From Mobula hypostoma (taxonomy: Eukaryota): a stretch of DNA of 64,000 nt. The notes beneath the pieces are model-generated. The model was not told the DNA's origin, searched no databases, and saw only the letters and a program-made list of their open reading frames with translations. Where the stretch lies: contig NC_086097.1 of assembly GCF_963921235.1 (NCBI RefSeq), positions 49,850,001-49,914,000 on the forward strand, written 5' to 3'. Position numbers and translations under genes: made by a program. Positions 13,730-25,672 of the stretch are shown here, in pieces. Every line of letters begins with the position of its first letter. Positions within the stretch are counted from its first letter, which is position 1.

Positions 13730-14546
13730 CAGAATCTCCCAGTGGGCACCCATTTCGATTCGACTTCCCATTCCCGTGTCTGTCTATGGACTCCTCTACT
13801 TCCACGATGAGACCAAACTCAGGTTGGTGGAAGAACAGCTCATATCTGGGTAGCTTCCAACCTCATTGCATGAACATCGATTTCTCTACCTTCCGGTAAT
13901 CTCTCCCCTTCCCGCTTCCCGCTTCTCTGTTTCTATTCCCCAGCCTGGTTAGCTTCTCACACCTTCTTACGTTCTCATCACCTCCCCTTGTTAAATGTCC
14001 ACTGTCCTCTTGTCAGATTCCCCCTCCTTCAGCTATTTATTTCTTTCACCTATCATCTCCCAGCGTCTTACTTCATCCCTCTACCCTCCCCTCACTTGGT
14101 TTCACCTATCACCTACCAGCTTGTACTCCTTCTGCTCCCCGCCCCGCCTTATTCTAGCGTCTGCCCCCTGAAGCACCTTCAATTACTCCAAAAGACTGAG
14201 GTTTGGTAAAATACTGAAAGGCTTTTATTCGCTGTACAATACGACCCCCACAGTGAGTGTCTGCCCCCGGACTGAGGGGGAGGGGCAAGACGAACACCTT
14301 TATACAGGATTCTGTGGGAGGAGCCACAGGGGCAGTCAGCAGAGGGGTGCGTCCAGACAGTTAACCGAGTTACAACATATATACATGGTTTACCACACCC
14401 CCTTCCTTCCCAGTCCTGGTAAAGGTAGCGGTCAGAAGCGTCGACTTTTATTCCCCTCCATCGATGCAGGCTGATTTGCTAAATTCCTTCAGCGTTTTGT
14501 TTGCGTTGCTCAAAATTCCCAGCATCTGAAGAATCTCTTGTGTTTA
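13730..14546 (+). mobile_element. Penelope-like element 3' fragment (endonuclease C-terminus and pseudo-LTR), interrupted by a solo LTR
   Basis: LGSFQPHCMNIDFSTFR* terminus; decayed ribozyme CAGTCCTGGTAAAGG..GAAGCGTCGACT at ~14411-14447; ends in the GAATCTCTTGTGTTT tail like other copies. Confidence 0.75.
14169..14397 (-). mobile_element. Short solo LTR (229 bp)
   Basis: TG...CA termini flanked by CCCCC on both sides; TATAAA and a downstream AATAAA on the minus strand; removing it restores the host Penelope sequence. Confidence 0.7.
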
Positions 14547-15269
14547 CTATTAGCAATAATCCATGTAACAAAAATATTAGTTAAATTTTCACGTTGTTAG
14601 ACATACTTAGATTATTTGAGTTCAAATTGGTAAATAGTTATAGCGGAGATGAGGCACAACTCAGACATGTGCATGGAAACACGAAATGCGATTGCAGAAA
14701 TTTATTCTCCTGTTTCGAACGCTGATAAAATGGTTAAATGCAATATTTGCACAACTCTTCTTAACATCAGGGAGTTAACAACAGAACGCTCAACCTATTA
14801 TCTTCTTATGTGCCGATAGATCTCGCTTTTCCAGTTCGGTCCCGGATTCCCCGTATTTGCACTTACTTCAGTGCTTTTAGGCATAATCTTCAACTCCTCA
14901 TGTTGACTTTATCCACAGTCTTGGAAAGATAAACGTTTATAATTCGTCCCCCAGTTAAGTCTGCTGGCAAACAGTGTCTTTGGCTGTTCTTTTATTACTA
15001 ATGCAAATTTTGGTTGCTGAACTGAAGAAAAGTAGCCAGAGTAATATCCATAAAACTGTATAGGGGCGTAGCGATATCTTCCAGCGTAATAAAGTACAGA
15101 TTGAAGGGTAAAGTCTAAGTGTACAGGCAGGATAATAGAATTTTCCATGCAATTTGATCGATGCGCTCCAAATATTGGACAGACCACGTTCTACGGCGTT
15201 GTGTCGGTTCACCTTGCATGCCAGGTAAAGTTAGATTTGGTTCAAGCTTTCTCCAGAGAGGAAGCTCCG

Positions 15270-15730
15270 TGTACTGTGGTGGAGCCCAGGCCGGTCACCT
15301 TCCCTCTCCCAGTCCCAGATAGAGAGAGCGTTGTCAGGTGGCGGCTGACGTCAGGAACCTGGTGTTGGCGGCGGGGGTGGGAAGGGAGCAAGGCAGCCGG
15401 GAGATGAGGCGGCGGCGGCGGCGCGGCACCTGAGCTTCCCGGTAGAGCTCGGCGCTGTCTCCGACTGAAGGTGAGAGTGGCTCTCGCTGCTGGACTGCGG
15501 TTGTGCCTCCAGGCGGGAGCAGCCGATTCTCCGGGCAGGTTCGGCCTAGCGCGGCAGACAGTCGCGTTGTCGCCGCCGGTACCAGGGCGGGCGGCGGCTG
15601 CCGAGTCGGGGAAGCGGCCGATCGGAGAGGCTGCGGGCCCGGGGCGGGAGGCGCGGCATCGGCCTCGCGTTGGCCATCACCTGTCATAGGCTGGGCTGGG
15701 TGGTGGCGAGCTCTCGGCCTTTCCGAATCG
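15270..15730 (+). promoter_or_regulatory. CpG-island promoter of the CEP170B-like gene with palindromic CRE
   Basis: Sharp GC- and CpG-rich island in AT-rich DNA; TGACGTCA at 15346-15353; GGGGCGGG GC box near 15641; (GGC)n run. Confidence 0.8.
15360..15470 (+). other. CEP170B: Probable non-coding first exon (start approximate)
   Basis: Within the CpG island; strong donor AAG|GTGAGA at 15470/15471. Confidence 0.55.
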
Positions 15731-16852
15731 TCACATCTTTCAGTGAGGGATTTCCATTCAGATGTTTCATTCTAATCCTAGTTGTCTGGAGCCTAGTTCA
15801 TTGTTCTGCTCGTAGATCATATTGTTTTAATATTTAATGACAGATGGTCGTGAGGAAAAGGCGACGATCAAAGAGGAAGGCTTGGATGTTTTCCCTTTTC
15901 ATTTTTGAAACAGCCCAGATTTCCTAAATGAATGAAGAGAAATACTAATTGCGCTAGGATTATATAAATTGTGGAGGATCATAGATTTTGCAGGTTCACA
16001 GAGACGTGGGTTCCCTTCGATATTGTTTCGGTTAATGTTTTCATTCAGCGAGGCAGCTTCCAATTTTTGTGCAGTTTAAATTTCGGTCCCGCTATTATCT
16101 TTAAAACTGTAGCTTAAAAATAGTTTGTTTTACCAATATAACATGCAATTCGTGTCGCGAATTTTTTCGAGGAGCCTTAGCAAATTTGGTGGATTTGCAG
16201 TTTTCTGTCTGCTTTTGCTGGTTTTATTTTGGTGACATGTGGCGAATAACAGAAAAAGATGGGTGGAAACTGGAGAGGGCGACCTACTTTCGTGGTTTGA
16301 ATGCGCTGTATGATTTCAGTGCAATAGTTAAAATAGGAGTCACCAGTACTCAGTGTTCATTACATTATCTTTGTTACAAAACGTGCTGAAAATTGTCTTC
16401 TTTCTTTCCTTCAGCCTTGCCTTCCTAAGCAACCAAACTGGAAAATACTGCATGACTGACTGGATATCCAAGATTAGTTTCAAGACAATAATCAGCTCTA
16501 TGCTCTTAAGTATTTCAAGACCCTGGAAGAGAATTGTGTGCATGTAATTATTCCCAGATATCAAATCTTTCCATCTTGTTATAATTGTATGTGTTTCACT
16601 TGTTAATATCATATTTGACTAAATAATATGAGAGCTTAGAGGACTTGTGAAGATTGATTTTTAATGATTGAATTTAGTTTATAGTACTTAGTGAAATATT
16701 AATTAAAAAATCATTGTTTTAATTATTGATCAATCTTGCATTACACAAAAATAACATTTTTTCTCCCCCTTTACTCCAATTTTTATTTTAAAATAAATTT
16801 TAAGAGAAAAAATACTACAACTTATTAATCAAATCTGTTGTACTTGTTTTAG

Positions 16853-17044
<192 letters not shown>

Positions 17045-18149
17045 TAGAGAGAGAACAAATATACAACAGGAAAGCAGTGGAAGATTGTATTCTCATTGGG
17101 ACTGTAAGGTTATTGTTTTTTTTTGCTGTTAACTCATTCCTGGATATTCCTGTACCACTCACTGGCAAGAGTACATCTCGATAGAGACTTATTCCCAGAT
17201 GTTAGCCAGTGGTACAAAGAGGTGTGTTCTAATCCTTGGCCTTGCGCTCTTTTGTTTTCCTTTATGTTATTACCTTAGGAAAAGATTTAATTTAGCACTT
17301 CATCCAGTTGTTCCACATACATGAAAATTACAGTTCTGGCTCATAATTTTCTTGAATTTTGCTAGTCTTAAACCTTTCCTTTTCAGTTGAGAATAAAGAA
17401 TTTTGGAAATATTTTCACTGTGCCTTTAGTTCATTTATAACTTTTGGTTGTTTTTGCTGACAGAAATGTCAGGTAATGAGAAATCAGTGCTGAGTTATCT
17501 TTGCATACCTGACTGAGATCTGTAGTTAAGGAAAAGTAAAATTATAGTTTTAGGTTTTTGTGCTAATATAATGATGTTTGGTCCTTGCATTCTCATACAT
17601 AATGCAGGATTTGGTCAAAAGCATTATAATGATTTTCATAAAGTACTACAGCACAGAAACAAGCCCATTTAGGCCATTTAGCCTGTTACTCCCATCGATT
17701 TGCACCTGGACCATACGCATTTGCACGATGGACCATATATTGTGTCCATATATTTATCTAAACTTCTCCTAAATGTTGAAATTGAATCTGCCACTATCAA
17801 CTTGTTCCACACTCGCACTGCTTACCGAGTGAAGATTATGTAACCCTGCTTACATTAAGCCTATCTGTGGTTCCCCCCCCCCAAATGTTGTAAATCTCTA
17901 ACAAATCTCCCCTCATTCTCCTGCAGTCCAGGGAATAAAGTCCTAACCTCTTCAGTCTTCCCCTATAACTCAAGTCCGGTAGTTCCAGTAACATCCCTGT
18001 AAACTTTCTCTATATTCTTTCAATCTTATTGATATCTTTCCTGTAGATAGGTGACTAAAACTGCACAGAATACTCATCAATGGTTTTTTTGCTCTCTTTT
18101 TGTACCACTTACTTATTATTTATATATGTAGTGCAAAAAGAGAGCAAAA

Positions 18150-18660
18150 AAAAGACGGTGAGACCAATTGTGTACAGGAACATATGCATCGAGTATGGGT
18201 TGAACACTCCCAAGTCCAAATGGGAAACACACAAGAAGGTTGTGTAGAAGGACAGAGGTAAATATGCTGGGACTTCCAAATATGGACTGATAAGCTGTTA
18301 CTGGCCAACCAACCAGACATAGTAATACTGGAGAAGGAACAGAAGAAAGCAATAGTAAAAGATGTGGCAATCCAGAATGACAGTAACATCAGAAAGAAAG
18401 AATATGAGAAGCTGGAGAAATACCAAGGCTTGAAAGAGCAGATAGAAAGGATGTGGACAGTTAAAGCCAGAGTAATCCGAGTGGTGATAGGAGCACTTGG
18501 AGCTGTGACACCTGGACTGGGAGAGTGGCTCCAACAAACCCTGGGAACGACACCTGAGATATTGGTCCAGAAGAGCACACTACTAGGAACAGCAAGGATA
18601 CTGCGTCGAACCCTCAAGCTCCCAGGCCTCTGGTAGAGGACTCGAGATTGAGGGAAAAAT
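18150..18660 (+). mobile_element. R4/Dong-type non-LTR retrotransposon 3' fragment (restriction-like endonuclease)
   Basis: WDFQIWTDKLLLANQPDIVI..DVAI..D.NIRKKEYEKLEKYQGL..RMW..VVIGALG..QKSTLLGTARILR, a PD-(D/E)xK RLE signature. Confidence 0.8.
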
Positions 18661-18817
18661 ACACATACATACCATCCATAAGGAGTGAGAACAAAATTAT
18701 GTATATGTGTGTTTATGTATGTATGTGTAAATGTGTTTATGAGTGTATATACAGGTATATCATAGATTTTAAAATTATGTATTGCAGTGTACTGCTGCCG
18801 CAAAACATATTTCACAA

Positions 18818-19105
18818 TGTGTACAGTAGCATAGTGGTTAACACAATGCTTTACAGTACCAGTGACCCAGGTTCAATTCCCACTGCTGTCTGTAAGAAGT
18901 TGGCATGTTCTCCGCATGACCGCATGGGTTTCCACCGGGTGCTCTGGTTTTCTCCCACAGTCCAAAGACATACCTGGTGGTAAGTTAATTGGTCCTTGTA
19001 AATAGTTTTGTGATCAGGCTGGGGTTAAATCAGGGGTTGCTGGGCAGTGCAGCTTGAAGGGCTAGAAGGGCCTACCCCACACTGTATATGGATAAATAAA
19101 TATTA
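18818..19105 (+). mobile_element. V-domain tRNA-derived SINE
   Basis: A-box-like TAGCATAGTGG, B-box GGTTCAATTCC, V-domain core, AATAAA tail. Confidence 0.8.
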
Positions 19106-19547
19106 AACCTGATTCTGATTCTACAACTTCAAACTAACACCCAATTCCTGTACTCAGTACTTTGATTTACAAGGGCCTGTTTACAACCTTAACTAATTGT
19201 ACCTCCACTTTCAATGAATTATGTATCTTTACTTCTAAATCCCCCTGTTCCACCACACTCCTCAGTGCCCGACAGTGCACATTCATTGTGCAAGTCCTAC
19301 CCTGGATTGTCCTCCCAAAGTGCAACACCTCACCTTTGTCTGCATTAAATTCCATCTGCAATTACTCAGCCCATTTTTTCATCTGGTCCGGACAATGCTG
19401 CAAGCCTTGATTCTTTCCTCAATGTCCACGGCTTGTGTGTACTTTGAGTACATGTGTGCTTACATGAAGATGTTGATGGATGTGAGTGCTGTGTGTGGGA
19501 TGTTCTTGCTTGGTCTTATATCAGTTACTGGGATGAGGGAACTTTTT

Positions 19548-19760
19548 TAGCATGGTAACAGGCCTTGTGGCCCAATGAGTCTGAGTAGTCCAATTAAACC
19601 CATTGAACAACTAACCCTAACCTGTACATCTTTGGAATGTGGGAAGAAACTGGAATACCTGCAGGAAACCCACACAGTCACTGGGAGAACATATAAACTC
19701 CTTAAAGGCACTGGCAGATTTGAACCGGGGTCATAACGTTTTGTTAACTGCAGCACTGTC
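19548..19760 (-). mobile_element. V-domain SINE
   Basis: Reverse complement of the same SINE core. Confidence 0.7.
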
Positions 19761-22130
19761 GTATTTCCTTACTAGTATGGATTTTATTCAGTTGTTTTCT
19801 CCAACTAATTACTCTGTTCCTAATGTTTCGGAAAGGTTATTTGTGTTATATCTTGGAAACTGTACCAAAATATTTTTTCAATTGGTCTTCTTTAGCTGTC
19901 TTAAATTTATTTATCTGTACAAGGTCTAGATTTGACTGCAACTTTTTCATATTTTTAATATTTCGATCCAGCTGGAATGAAGGATAGTCAGTATGTTGTT
20001 AGGAATTGAATCAATTCAATGTTAATGATTGACATCAATGTATACAGTCATTATCCTGAGGTGGTTCTGTAACTTTGAATATTTAATTGCACTTCCTTCT
20101 TAATAAATAAATTCAGTCAGTCTTAAACTACTGGTTATTACAGTAAAATTAATATATTAACATACCAAACATTACCAGTGGAAGGAACCTAAAGCAGATT
20201 AAGGTGCTGGGAAAAGCTGGAGACCTTGACATCTTTTATTTAAGCATTAAAAAAGATGTTTAAACTAGTATTTAGCATGTTAGACCTATTTATAAAATGT
20301 GCGATTTAAATGTAGCTGTCACTTTGGGGTACATTTTAGCACAAAGAATTATTCTTTTAAGGAACTTAAAATAAAATTCAGCCTGAACCAGTGCGATTAA
20401 AAGCTAATGCTTCTCCTTGTCAGGAAAGTCCAAAAAAAAACGGGTTTGAGCAGTCTGGATTAAATTTCTAATGGGAGTTGCTCAACAGCTCCAAACAACA
20501 ATCTCACAAGAATGGTTGGTGTAAGAAATAAAATGGTAATGATGAAATTGCTCTTCCAGGCTGGCTTGGGGCCAAGTAGAGCAACCAACTTGTTGGACAT
20601 ATTTCATTTTAGCCCTCACTTTGACAGTGTAGGTTCCAGATTCTATTGCTCTTTGCTGCTACTTGGTATATATTCAACAAAACCATGCAAACCTTATTTG
20701 TTGCTTCACAATGAATTTGTGTACTATCACAAATAAAAGCTGTGAATGCTTACCACTGCTCTTCATTCTAAGCTAGAGGATGTGCTCTTTAATATTGAAT
20801 TGAATATGATAATGAAATGACATAAAATATCTTATTCTGCTGTGGTCCAGTTCTATGGAATTCGGTATGTCTGCCTATCCTACAAGAATAGGTTGCTCCC
20901 TCCATGGCAGTACTGGAGTGCGTCTTCACTGTTAGGACTGAGGTAGTTCAAAAAAGGCACCATGCTTGCCCAAGTCTGGTTGAGAATTAAATGCTAGTCT
21001 TGCTAGTTGTACTCACAACCAATGAAAGAGAAATTATATTTCCAGAAAGCAATTGATGCCAATTTATTTCACCTTTGATAATTTTTCATGTAATTCGAAT
21101 TAAATGCTTTAGTTTTACACATTGTCCCTTGAACATATTATTTTTAAGTTGTGCATGAAATGCTAGTGGTTGTTGATGTTCAGTGGGAGGAGATGCAGTG
21201 CAGTGTTTTAGTAATTTCTCACCATCTAGGTAGCAAATCGCCCGGATTTGGAAAATCAAGTCTTTTTATTTTGAGAATCTTAAATAAAAATAGAAAATGC
21301 TGCAGATTCTTAGCAACCAGATGACACCTGTAGAATGAAATAATGTAGATTGAAGGGTTTTTGATCTCAAATATTTTTTGATGCATTTCTTTTTCCACAG
21401 ATGCTTCCTGAACTGCTGAGTGTTTTCAGTGTTTTCTCTCTTTCAATGCAAAACTCTTTAATAATTATAAAATCAACAGAGCAAACAACAACATGACTAT
21501 TAATTTTAAATAGGTCCCTATAGCATCTGTAAGTGGAAAATATTTAGTGGTAATAGAAATCAATAGAAAATACTACGAATATCAAATGTATGAAACTTTC
21601 ATCCCCAGTAGGGTTCAGAGACAGTTAAAGCTGGAAAAGCATAGAATTTTGGATAACTTCATGAAACTGCATATTGAAGGAAGGCCTGAAATGGCCATCA
21701 TTTAGCCTGTCACCATAAACTAATTTGACTGTTTTTTTATTGTTCTGGTTTTTACTTGTATTCTTTCTGAAATCCTGGAATAGTTGAACTGTAAAAGAAT
21801 TTTCACCTCCACAACTACCTTCCTTATCCCATTCATTGTGTGTTTCTGTATTCTTCCTTTTCTTTCCTTGTTTCATCTGCCAGCTGCTGTTTCCTGCCCT
21901 AATTAAGTTTTCTTAGTCTCTCCCTCCTTTTTAACCATTCATTGTCTCTATTCTCCCAATCTGATTTCTCTTTCCATCTGTGTCAGCTTTCCCTTGCCTT
22001 TTTCCTTTTTTTCCTCATTGTATCCTTGCTTGCTTTGTCACATCACCCACCCCCCAACTTTGATTGAAACAACACACATCAAAGTTGCTGGTGAACGCAG
22101 CAGGCCAGGCAGCATCTGTAGGAAGAGGTG

Positions 22131-22168
22131 CAGTCGACGTTTCAGGCCGAGACCCTTCGTCAGGACTA
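22131..22168 (-). ncRNA. Minimal type I hammerhead ribozyme motif
   Basis: Minus strand reads TAGTC-CTGACGA-AGGGTCTCGGCCT-GAAAC-GTC-GACTG. Confidence 0.75.
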
Positions 22169-22938
22169 ACTGAAGGAAGAGTGAGTAAGGGATTTGAAAG
22201 TTGGAGGGGGAGGGGGAGATCCAAAATGATAGGAGAAGACAAGAGGGGGAGGGATGGAGCCAAGAGCTGGACAGGTGATAGGCAAAAGGGGATACGAGAG
22301 GATCATGGGACAGGAGGTCCGGGAAGAAAGACAGGGGGGGGGGACCCAGAGGATGGGCAAGAGGTATATTCAGAGGGACAGAGGGAGAAAAAGGAGAGTG
22401 AGAGAAAGAATGTGTGCATAAAAATGAGTAACAGATGGGGTACGAGGGGGAGGTGGGGCCTTAGCGGAAGTTAGAGAAGTCGATGTTCATGCCATCAGGT
22501 TGGAGGCTACCCAGACGGAATATAAGGTGTTGTTCCTCCAACCTGAGTGTGGCTTCATCTTTACAGTAGAGGAGGCCGGCTTCATCTTTACAGTAGAGGA
22601 GGCCATATCAGCTAAGGCCCCACCTCCCCCTCGTATCCGCTAAGGCCCCACCTCCCCCTCGTACCCCATCTGTTACTCATTTTTATGCACACATTCTTTC
22701 TCTCACTCTCCTTTTTCTCCCTCTGTCCCTCTGAATATACCTCTTGCCCATCCTCTGGGTCCCCCCCCCACTTTGTCTTTCTTCCCGGACCTCCTGTCCC
22801 ATGATCCTCTCGTATCCCCTTTTGCCTATCACCTGTCCAGCTCTTGGCTCTATCCCTCCCCCTCTTGTCTTCTCCTATCATTTTGGATCTCCCCCTCCCC
22901 CTCCAACTTTCAAATCTCTTACTCACTCTTCCTTCAGT

Positions 22939-22976
22939 TAGTCCTGACGAAGGGTCTCGGCCTGAAACGTCGACTG
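22939..22976 (+). ncRNA. Minimal type I hammerhead ribozyme motif
   Basis: TAGTC (stem I) CTGACGA (core) AGGGTCTCGGCCT (stem II) GAAAC GTC (cleavage triplet 22969-22971) GACTG (stem I'). Confidence 0.75.
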
Positions 22977-23240
22977 CACCTCTTCCTACAGATGCTGCCT
23001 GGCCTGCTGCGTTCACCAGCAACTTTGATGTGTGTTGCTTGAATTTCCAGCATCTGCAGAATTCCTGTTGTTTGATTGAAACATATTGGTTGAATAAAGG
23101 GAAAAGAAACTTACATTTATGTGGAGCCTTTCATGACTTCAGAATCATTGTTTTAAATGTTACTAGCATCCAGCCTAGAGTGGCTTTTGCTGTTAAGTAG
23201 AATCTGTTTAATATAGATATGAAATTCAATGTACCTATAC

Positions 23241-23455
23241 AAACAAGAGAAAATCTTCAGATGCTGGAAATGCAAGCAACACACTCAAAATGCTGGAGGA
23301 ACTCAGCAGGACAGGCAGCATATATGGAAAGAGGATAGTCGACATTTCGGGCCGAGACCAATCTTGATAAAGGGTCTTGGCCCAAAACGTCAACTGTACT
23401 CTTTTCCATAGATGTTGCCTGGCCTGCTGAGTTCCTCCAGCAATTTGTGTATGTC
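23241..23455. mobile_element. Miniature fold-back Penelope pseudo-LTR with decayed hammerheads at its centre
   Basis: Inverted arms; centre AGTCGACATTTCGGGCCGAGACC / TTGATAAAGGGTCTTGGCCCAAAACGTCAACT. Confidence 0.8.
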
Positions 23456-23579
23456 GATGTTTATATGATGCCATTACTGTCCTATGTGTTATGAGTTACT
23501 TATAATACAATAAGAAACGTGCTAAATTGGAACCAATTAGCACAATACTGGAAATAGCTATTTCCCTCTGACCGCCTAA

Positions 23580-23789
<210 letters not shown>

Positions 23790-23879
23790 TGAAATTCAAA
23801 TCATGGTAAGCATGTGCTCTTCAATCAAAAGGTTCCATGATACAGTTTTGGTTTGAAATTCTGCCTTTTTAAAAACTGA

Positions 23880-24095
<216 letters not shown>

Positions 24096-24889
24096 TAATC
24101 TAATCCACCTTTGAAGCTCTTATTGGATTTATAGTTGCCAGTGTGGAAGTTTTGATGTACAGTGCTGTGGTGAGATTAATCCTGTAGAAGTGAGTGCAAT
24201 TTTGTTCTGTTATGCATAAGAAAGGAGAAGCTTGCCTTCTGTCAAACGTGGAAGCTGAATGTGAATTGTTACCTCGCCAGATCAATTCTGAATGCAGCTT
24301 GAGTATCAAAGTCCATAAGCAGTCTCTTGACTGTAATAACAATGCAAAAGTAAGGCATATTCAGAGCATTGGGGTGCAAATGAATAAAGATTACATGCCT
24401 TGTATGAAGGATGAGGTGGACTATATGACATATTCTTTGTCTTTACAACAGCAATCAGCAAGTTTTCTAAATGTGAATATAAAATTATGCGAAAAAGGTA
24501 ATGGTCTTCTGTATATTTTTGAAAAGACTTCATGTATTCAGTGAGGTTATTTCATGGGGAGAAATGGTCAATATCATGGAATGAGAACACTTAACCTGGG
24601 AATAGTAATCTTAAGTGTTAATGAGCATGTACCGCAAATGTCTGACAATTTGAAGGTTTGAGATTGTGAGGATAGACTACTGAGGTGTATAATGTTGTGG
24701 TACAGGTTTTCGAAACCATCATGCATGTAGCTTTAAGAAGTACTCATGGAAATGCCTTTTAATGTAACAGATTTCCAATGAGATAATCTTTGTTTACAGG
24801 AAAGTGAAAAAAAAAGCAGTAATTTTATACCTTACATGAATACTTCTTCAACAGCAGACTGAAGTGGACAATATTAGAGTCAAAGCGAA

Positions 24890-25640
24890 GTCAGCATAGA
24901 AACCGGTCCTTTGGCCCATCTAGTCCATGTCGAAATAATTTAAACTGCCTACTCCCTATCGACCTGCACTGGGACCATAGCCTTCCATACCCTGACTATT
25001 CACGAACCTATCCAAAACTCTATTAAATGTTGAAACCGAGCTCACATGAACCACTTGTGCTGGCAGCTCATTCCACACTCTGATGACACTCTGAGTGAAG
25101 AAGTTTCTCCTCTTGTTTCCCCTAAACTTCTCATCTTTTTCCCTTAACCCATGACCTCTGGTTGTAGTCCCACCCAATCTCAGTGGAAAAAGCTTGCTTG
25201 CACTTACCCTATCTATGCCCCTCATAATTTTGTATACCAGCATCAAATCTCTTCTCAGTCTTCTTCTCTCAGACCCAGCAACATAAATTTTCTCTGTGCT
25301 CTTTCAAACGTGTTTCCTGTAGGAAGGTGACCAAAACTGCACACAATACTCCAAATTAGGCCTCACCAATGTCTTGTACAACTTCAACATAACATCATCT
25401 CCTTAACTCAATATTTTGATTCATGAAGGCCAACGTGCCAAAAGTTTTCTTTCAACCCTATCTATCTGTGACACCACTTCCAATGAATTATGGACCTGTA
25501 TAACCAGATCCCTTTGTTCTCATACACTCCTCAGTGCCCTACCATTCACTGTGTTAGACATATCCCGGTTAGTCCTACCAAAGAGCAAAACCTCACACAT
25601 GTCTGCATTAAATTCCGGATCTGCCATTTTCAGCCCATGT
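24890..25640 (-). mobile_element. CR1 LINE 3' fragment
   Basis: VYKIMRGIDRV..RGHGL..NFFTQSVIRVWNELP on the minus strand. Confidence 0.85.
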
Positions 25641-25672
25641 TATAATGTGGTTGTATTCCAGAGTGCCAACTA

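Larger units (their letters stand above)
17640..19430 (-). mobile_element. CR1 LINE 3' fragment split by R4/Dong and SINE insertions
   Basis: QMEFNADKGEVLHFGR at 19167-19361 continues at ~18080-17640 (QF.SPIYRKDINKIERI) on the minus strand. Confidence 0.75.
22072..23070. mobile_element. Young fold-back Penelope-like insertion (two inverted ~400-bp pseudo-LTR arms)
   Basis: ~22070-22468 is the near-perfect reverse complement of ~22636-23037; direct repeat TTTGATTGAAAC(A) at 22059-22071 and 23071-23083. Confidence 0.92.

Noticed and set aside
15147..15775. Several overlapping Ala/Pro/Arg-rich ORFs on both strands
   Set aside because: Expected by-product of a stop-poor CpG island; no recognisable protein.
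18120..18815. 231-aa minus-strand ORF
   Set aside because: Antisense shadow of the R4/Dong fragment plus low-complexity TA/TG sequence.
18818..18890. tRNA-like A and B boxes
   Set aside because: Head of a SINE; no cloverleaf or acceptor stem, so not called as a tRNA gene.
22064..23200. Recurrent ORFs such as MLVNAAGQAASVGRGAVDVSGRDPSSGLTE (also at 31471, 34691, 36855, 40659) resembling a small gene family
   Set aside because: They are translations of the non-coding Penelope pseudo-LTR, with variable starts and ends.
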